Part shown: positions 62,804-64,000 of the stretch, in pieces
Layout of the letters: each line of letters opens with the position of its first letter
Position numbering within the stretch: the first letter of the stretch is position 1
Assembly (NCBI RefSeq): GCF_046119375.1
Contig: NW_027362761.1
Span: 314,092,001 to 314,156,000, forward strand
DNA from: Phyllobates terribilis
Lineage: Eukaryota
Direction: 5' to 3'
DNA length: 64,000 nucleotides
Made by a program: the position numbers and the translations under genes
Notes under the pieces: model-generated
What the model saw: only the letters and a program-made list of their open reading frames with translations
Told to the model about the DNA's origin: nothing
Databases searched by the model: none

Positions 62804-63270
62804 GGCTATGTTCACTCGCAGCATTTTTGCTGTGTTTTTTTTCTTCAGCCAAAACTTGCTCTCTTGGTAAGAAACTAGTTCAATACTTCTTTTTTACAGC
62901 TGTTTTGCTGCTTTTTTGTCTCGTTTTTTGCAGCGCTTTTTGGGTGCAGATTACATGTGTGCTTTATGTACAGTACATGTTTAATAAAGTTAGCGTTATT
63001 CACCAAAACTGCATCAAAATCGCTGTTTCGTTACTTACAGCGTTTTTTCACTTATTGCTTTCTATGGGTGAAAAAATGCTGCAAAAACGCTTAAAGAATT
63101 GACATGCTGCAGATTTAAAAAATGCTGCAGTTCTCAAATTCATTCAAGAAAAAAAATACAATAGTGTGCATGTGATCTCTGAAATCTCATATCCTTTGCT
63201 GATACTAAAAAAACAGCTTTTAATTTGCATAAAAAAATGCAGCACAAAAACTTTATATGTGAATATATCC
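62804..63270. mobile_element. PIF/Harbinger-type MITE
   Basis: TAA|GGCTATGTTCAC...GTGAATATATCC|TAA, 3-bp TSD. Confidence 0.78.
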
Positions 63271-63295
63271 TAATGCTAACATGGGTCACACAGTA

Positions 63296-64000
63296 TGTAA
63301 CTGACGCGCCCCCTGGGCCAGTGCTGTAGTGCGGCGCACGTGTGCGCGGGGGAATACCCGGAGCCGGATCCGATGGGGGTAGTAGTCTCCGAGTGGCGGG
63401 GACCCGGTCCGTGCCCAGGGTGGTCAAACTAAGTGTGTGGCAGTCTTTGTAGATGTTGTTTAAGTGTCGACTACGCCACCCGTTGATTTGCGGCCGCAAG
63501 GCCGCCGCTGCAGAACAGTCCGCCGAGGCCGGTGGTATGTGTGCAGCAATGGTGGCATAACCCCCAACGGGAGAGGTATGGCCTCAGGGCAGCTGGTGCG
63601 GGTGAAGGAAGTGATAGAAAGGGCGTCCCGGTACCTTTAGTGCTGGTAGTACGATGGAACACAGAGACTGATGGCAGTTTTCAATGCTTTACTCACAGAT
63701 GTTATCAGTGTCAGTCCTGCAGGTGATGACGACCCGAGCCGTGCTGCGTCCACCAGGTACGGGGCTCGACCAACCCCCAGGCAGTTCCAGAGTGTGACCT
63801 TGAACTCCTTTCTCCGTTCCTTTCTCTGGCCGTCCCCACTAGGGACCCACCCATGTCCAGCTTCCTCGGGCCTTCTGGTGGCGAAACCTATCTCCGGTTT
63901 CCCTGACCCTATGTGGCGTGCCTTCGTGGTGAGTGTAGTGAGTGGTCGCGCCAAGACGTGGCCACGACCTCCGGTTCCTGGCTGAGGATAAGTGGCCTCC
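63296..64000. mobile_element. Probable LTR, running off the window edge
   Basis: TG start followed by GC-rich CGCCCCCTGGG sequence of the kind seen at frog Gypsy LTR ends; other end not visible. Confidence 0.5.

Overview
Vertebrate genomic DNA, most likely an anuran (inferred from the TE families present), with one 133-N gap at 32471-32603. About 90% is transposable elements. Left half (1-38436): Tc1/mariner elements and two Gmr1-type (PR-IN-RT-RH order) Ty3/Gypsy retrotransposons chained through TA microsatellite spacers, plus a degenerate class-I ERV (tRNA-Phe PBS) inserted in a Tc1 and carrying an 8.9-kb hAT element inside its 3' LTR. Right half: a host gene on + that the ORF track misses entirely. 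Five phase-compatible GT-AG coding exons (38939-39033, 45032-45209, 45421-45507, 62343-62370, 62539-62687) give 179 aa, tentatively a THADA-like paralogue, downstream of an ETS-CRE motif. Its intron 1 holds a TIR element swollen by a ~4-kb minisatellite; intron 3 holds a multi-level nest of hAT, Helitron, piggyBac-like, MITE, solo-LTR and Tc1 elements. The longest ORFs in the track (39-43 kb, 53-55 kb, 30-33 kb) are tandem-repeat artefacts. Most unusual structures: a Gmr1 element with an extra partial-LTR/pol-tail/PPT module, a Tc1 with two right ends, and the minisatellite-carrying TIR element. All family and gene assignments are from motifs and recall; no database search was run.
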